Source: Deltaproteobacteria bacterium (lineage in GTDB: Bacteria; Desulfobacterota; Syntrophia; Syntrophales; UBA6807). From it: a stretch of DNA of 59,300 nucleotides. Of this stretch, positions 56,058-59,300 are shown one piece after another (positions within the stretch are counted from its first letter, which is position 1; every line of letters begins with the position of its first letter). A program made the translations under genes and the position numbers. The stretch lies in the NCBI GenBank assembly GCA_016936905.1, contig JAFGWZ010000003.1:1-59300 (forward strand), in the 5' to 3' direction. Under the pieces are notes generated by a model that made no database searches, was not told the DNA's origin, and was given only the letters and a program-made list of their open reading frames with translations.

Positions 56058-56486
56058 TTAAAGTTCGAGAGTTTGAGGCTCCTGCGCCCGATGTGGATGT
56101 TCCTCTCCCTTATAAATCTTGAGCTTTTTAAGCATCTTTCTCCCCAGACTGTTTTTCGGAAGCATACCCTTCACGGCAAGGTGTAATATCCGTTCCGGAC
56201 TCTCCTTCAGCATTTTTCCCGCCGGCGTCGATGTCAGACCTCCGGGATACCCGGAATGACGATAATATATTTTATCGGTCGGTTTCTTGCCGGTAAGCGA
56301 AAGCTTGTCAACATTAACGACAACGACAAAATCCCCCGTGTCAACATGGGGCGTATAGATGGGTTTATGCTTTCCCCTCAATCGCCGCGCAATTTCGCTG
56401 GCAAGCCGCCCAAGGACCTTCCCCCGAGCATCGACGAGATACCACTCTCTCTTAACATCAGATTCTTTCGCGCTAAATGTTTTCAT
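56058..56486 (-). CDS. rplM: 50S ribosomal protein L13
   Basis: [46 protein letters not shown] is the canonical L13 sequence. Confidence 0.9.
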   Translation of the reverse strand: MKTFSAKESDVKREWYLVDARGKVLGRLASEIARRLRGKHKPIYTPHVDTGDFVVVVNVDKLSLTGKKPTDKIYYRHSGYPGGLTSTPAGKMLKESPERILHLAVKGMLPKNSLGRKMLKKLKIYKGEEHPHRAQEPQTLEL

Positions 56487-56521
56487 ATAGTAACCACAGC
56501 TCCCTTGAGACTTAAGCCGCT

Positions 56522-56550
56522 AACCTATGAAATATAGATAAATTTGTCAA
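56522..56550 (-). promoter_or_regulatory. Candidate sigma-70 promoter for rplM-rpsI
   Basis: On the minus strand: TTGACA (56550-56545), 17-nt spacer, TAGGTT (56527-56522). Confidence 0.45.
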
Positions 56551-56558
56551 GAAAAATC

Positions 56559-58811
56559 CTACTCCCGCCTTCTAATATTTTCAGGTTTGGCTTCTGCCCG
56601 GCCGACCTTTCCCAGGCCGTAGAGCGACATGATAATCATGAATTTTCTGTCATCGGGGGTATCGGTGTACGTCAGCTGGACCGCCCAGCATTGGCTTGTA
56701 TAATCAATGCTGTAGAGGGTTTCAAGCACTTTTTTGTCGAACTCGTTTTTTCTCAGCATATAATTGAACTGCAGGGCGTCGGTGATGCACGCTTTCAGGT
56801 TGAGATTGATTTCTTCCAACGTTTTCTGGGTATACCGATATTCCAGCGTAAGGGAATCACCCCGCCAGTCGCTCACCGTGGCGTCATAATTCGTCTCTTT
56901 CCATTCACCTGCATTGACGTCAAAGCTCGCGTCGGCATAAAATGAAAGGTATTTGAAAGGATCGACGTTCAGTTCCATATCGACAGGGCCAAAAGGCCGC
57001 CTGTCCCGTGTTCCGGCGGTCGTTGACCGTCGCGCCTCTTTGAGATCGTAAATCTGGCTTAACTTCAACCTGAAGAATTCATTATAGCTCCTGTTTCCCT
57101 CCTCGTCGGCCAGCCGGGCAATCAATGTATTCGTCAGAGAATAGGTAATGGTGTTCTCTTCCGACACAACATCGACATAGTCCGCCCGATCGCCTTGATA
57201 CACATAGGGAATGTACGCGTAGGTTATGTCAGTCTGTATTCCATGCCGTATCATCTGCACCGATTCTCCACCGATGTTGAATATCCGGTGAATCTCCGTC
57301 GACGCTGTCGCCCCGAGGTCGTAAAGTTCACGATATCCTCTCTTTCCCGGCGTCGATTCTTTAGAATGAGCGCTGTCCCACGAAGTTTCCCGAACGCCCA
57401 CCTGGGGCGTAATCCGGAAATAATCTCTATACCGGAGGGGAAGAGAAACGATGGGGTGCATGTCAAAGTAATGGCCTCGATATCCCTCAGTCCTGTAATA
57501 GTAGTCGTATTGCGACGTCAACGCGTAGTTGAACGGCGTACCAGCTATGGGCTGGGTGACTCCGGTGACTGTCACCTCAGGATATTTCTGCAGCGTCGAA
57601 TCATTCGAGTAGCTCTGGAGATTGTCCGTATACTGAACGAGGGTTGTCACATTGTACATATCCCAGTTCTTCACCAGGCGCGCCGTTGATTCAAGGGAAG
57701 TTATCGACTTGTCCGCGAGAAAAGACACCTTATCAAATCGTTTCGTTCCGCTTTCGTCATAATGATCAAGATAATAGTTATAATCGTCGAAATCTCTGAA
57801 ATACCAGACATCGGAGATCTTGATGATATCCGTTCTGAAATAAAAGCCGGGGCTGAAGGTCGTCTCGTGATTGAGATAATATGACCACCGGTGTTGATTA
57901 TCCGTCCATTCACGCTGCAGGGGATCTTCGTTTTCGTCAGATATTCCCTGAGCCCTCGAGTCATTCAGGAACTCGCCGTAAAAGGTTCCGAAGGAATCTT
58001 CGCTGATGCAGTAGCGAAATTCAACCCCTTCCTGAAATCCCCGCTTGTCCATATATCGCTGGTAAAACGTCGCGTCGGCGTTATCCGACATTGCCCAGTA
58101 AAAGGGAATCCCCACATCCCACCCGTGCTTGTCGCTTGAATAAGCGATGCGGGGATAGAGCAGCCCCGACTGCCTCGTTGTTTTAGCAGGAAAGATAACG
58201 TAGGGAAGATAGATGAGCGGCCAGTTCTTCACCTGAAAGGTCCCGTGCTTCAGTGTCCCGTATCCATCGACCGTAACGTTCAGCTCTTTGCCGGTGAAAC
58301 GCCAGTCCGGCAGTTCGCCGTCGCAGGTCGACGCCGTGGCATCACGGAGAAAATACGATGCTTCGCCGGTCTTTTCTATCTTTGTGCCGGTGAGATAAAA
58401 ATGATTTTTTTCGAAGAAAAGACGGCCGTTGTCGACGTCCCCCGTTTTCGATGTAAGATTGAAATGCCCGCTGTCACCGTAGAGCAGATCCTTATTATGC
58501 ATGATGACGACGTTTCCCTCTGCAGCGGCATCCCCCGTCGTCCTGTTATATTCTACGGCATCCGCCTTCAGATATCCCCCCTCGAAGGTTATCTCAACAT
58601 CACCTGTTGCCGTATAATTGTCTTTCTCGCTGTCATAGGTCACGGTATTCGCTTCCAGATTCACCGGTCCCTTGGGAACGGCCGTATCAAAAGCGGCGGC
58701 AGGATGAACCATGCCACGAATAGCCACGCAAACAACGAGTATCAGAATCACATTGCGAATTCTCACGAGTCCGTCTCCCCGGATCATTGCCGTCCATCCC
58801 GATGCCGGCAC
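56559..58811 (-). CDS. lptD: LPS-assembly protein LptD (OstA family)
   Basis: The 750-aa protein has a signal sequence and an OstA-like N-terminal domain (ANTVTYDSEKDNYTATGDVEITFEG...ADAVEYN). A large aromatic-rich beta-barrel follows. Confidence 0.85.
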   Translation of the reverse strand: MPASGWTAMIRGDGLVRIRNVILILVVCVAIRGMVHPAAAFDTAVPKGPVNLEANTVTYDSEKDNYTATGDVEITFEGGYLKADAVEYNRTTGDAAAEGNVVIMHNKDLLYGDSGHFNLTSKTGDVDNGRLFFEKNHFYLTGTKIEKTGEASYFLRDATASTCDGELPDWRFTGKELNVTVDGYGTLKHGTFQVKNWPLIYLPYVIFPAKTTRQSGLLYPRIAYSSDKHGWDVGIPFYWAMSDNADATFYQRYMDKRGFQEGVEFRYCISEDSFGTFYGEFLNDSRAQGISDENEDPLQREWTDNQHRWSYYLNHETTFSPGFYFRTDIIKISDVWYFRDFDDYNYYLDHYDESGTKRFDKVSFLADKSITSLESTARLVKNWDMYNVTTLVQYTDNLQSYSNDSTLQKYPEVTVTGVTQPIAGTPFNYALTSQYDYYYRTEGYRGHYFDMHPIVSLPLRYRDYFRITPQVGVRETSWDSAHSKESTPGKRGYRELYDLGATASTEIHRIFNIGGESVQMIRHGIQTDITYAYIPYVYQGDRADYVDVVSEENTITYSLTNTLIARLADEEGNRSYNEFFRLKLSQIYDLKEARRSTTAGTRDRRPFGPVDMELNVDPFKYLSFYADASFDVNAGEWKETNYDATVSDWRGDSLTLEYRYTQKTLEEINLNLKACITDALQFNYMLRKNEFDKKVLETLYSIDYTSQCWAVQLTYTDTPDDRKFMIIMSLYGLGKVGRAEAKPENIRRRE

Positions 58812-58836
58812 ATGTTCTTTACCAGGTCACACATTG

Positions 58837-59300
58837 CTATGGCACTTCTTTTGAAATGAGCCTCTTGACCGCACCGACAAGATAGAACGAACCGGTGACA
58901 CAGATCGCGTCATCACGGCCTGCAAGGGACAGCGCCTGTTCAAGAGCGTTCCGGACATCTTCAACACACCACAGATCATCGGTGTAACGGCGCGCCGTAT
59001 CTGCCAGGACCCTCGGATCAAGCGCCCTCTCGGAGTCCGGCTTCGTCACGATGACGGCATCGGCCAGCGGGGCAAGAATATGCAACATAACACGGTAGTC
59101 TTTATCATTCAATGCGGCGAAAACCAGTATCAGTTTTTCATATGAAAAATCGTGAGCCAGAGATCGGGATAAGGCTGCGGCTGCGGCGGGGTTGTGTGCC
59201 CCATCGGCAAGGAGCAGGGGTTTTGTCCTCAGCACCTCCAATCGCCCTTCCCACCGAACCCCCTTCAGTCCCGCCGCAACTGCATCGTCATGAATCGCGA
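58837..59300 (-). CDS. folC: Folylpolyglutamate synthase/dihydrofolate synthase, C-terminal part (N-terminus beyond the right edge)
   Basis: GLKGVRWEGRLEVL...LLADGAHNPAAA...FAALNDKD...LVTGSFYLVG are Mur-ligase C-domain motifs. The frame is open to base 59300. Confidence 0.8.
   Translation of the reverse strand, partial: AIHDDAVAAGLKGVRWEGRLEVLRTKPLLLADGAHNPAAAAALSRSLAHDFSYEKLILVFAALNDKDYRVMLHILAPLADAVIVTKPDSERALDPRVLADTARRYTDDLWCVEDVRNALEQALSLAGRDDAICVTGSFYLVGAVKRLISKEVP

Noticed and set aside
1-59300. A search by eye for CRISPR arrays, rRNA, tmRNA, RNase P RNA, intact IS elements or transposases, toxin-antitoxin pairs and classical defence genes.
   Set aside because: I saw no regularly spaced direct repeats, no rRNA/tmRNA/RNase P signature strings, and no transposase- or nuclease-like translations. 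The only mobile-element trace is the decayed integrase at selC.

Overview
This is a 59.3-kb, gene-dense chromosomal segment with about 50 protein genes, three tRNAs and one SRP RNA. I saw no rRNA, CRISPR array or intact transposase. The gene content includes indolepyruvate:ferredoxin oxidoreductase, an ADP-forming acyl-CoA synthetase, an FrhB-like Fe-S protein, a B12 acyl-CoA mutase, PflX-type radical SAM enzymes, tRNA-Sec and a sigma-54 promoter. That suggests a strictly anaerobic Desulfobacterota/Syntrophia-like bacterium, but this is inference only. The housekeeping backbone is dnaX-ffs-tRNASer-tRNASer-tadA, moaC, murI, comM, ilvE, lolA, proA-nadD, uvrA, a surA-like gene, mfd, nadA, moeA, cysS-argC-rpsI-rplM, lptD and folC. 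Eight things deserve a second look. (1) A 3.4-kb AT-rich islet sits at tRNA-Sec, bounded by a 21/26-nt direct repeat of the tRNA 3' end; it carries a decayed integrase and a GAF-histidine kinase/receiver pair. (2) An operon encodes a LolA-like protein, an MMPL/RND exporter fused to a C-terminal cyclic-nucleotide-binding domain, and an outer-membrane barrel. (3) A split B12 acyl-CoA mutase has the Phe/Gln signature of isobutyryl-CoA mutases rather than the Tyr/Arg signature of methylmalonyl-CoA mutase, and lies next to MeaB and a DUF2284 Cys-rich protein. (4) tadA, normally essential, has a 1-nt frameshift. (5) A near-consensus sigma-54 promoter and an upstream palindrome precede an frhB-like-iorAB operon. 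(6) A patatin-like lipase gene overlaps one of two PflX-type radical SAM paralogs. (7) A 26-bp perfect hairpin lies beside a tandem duplication of one arm and a G-quadruplex-type G-tract run. (8) There are several unusually long ORF-less gaps. All calls come from reading the translations and sequence by eye; no database search was run.
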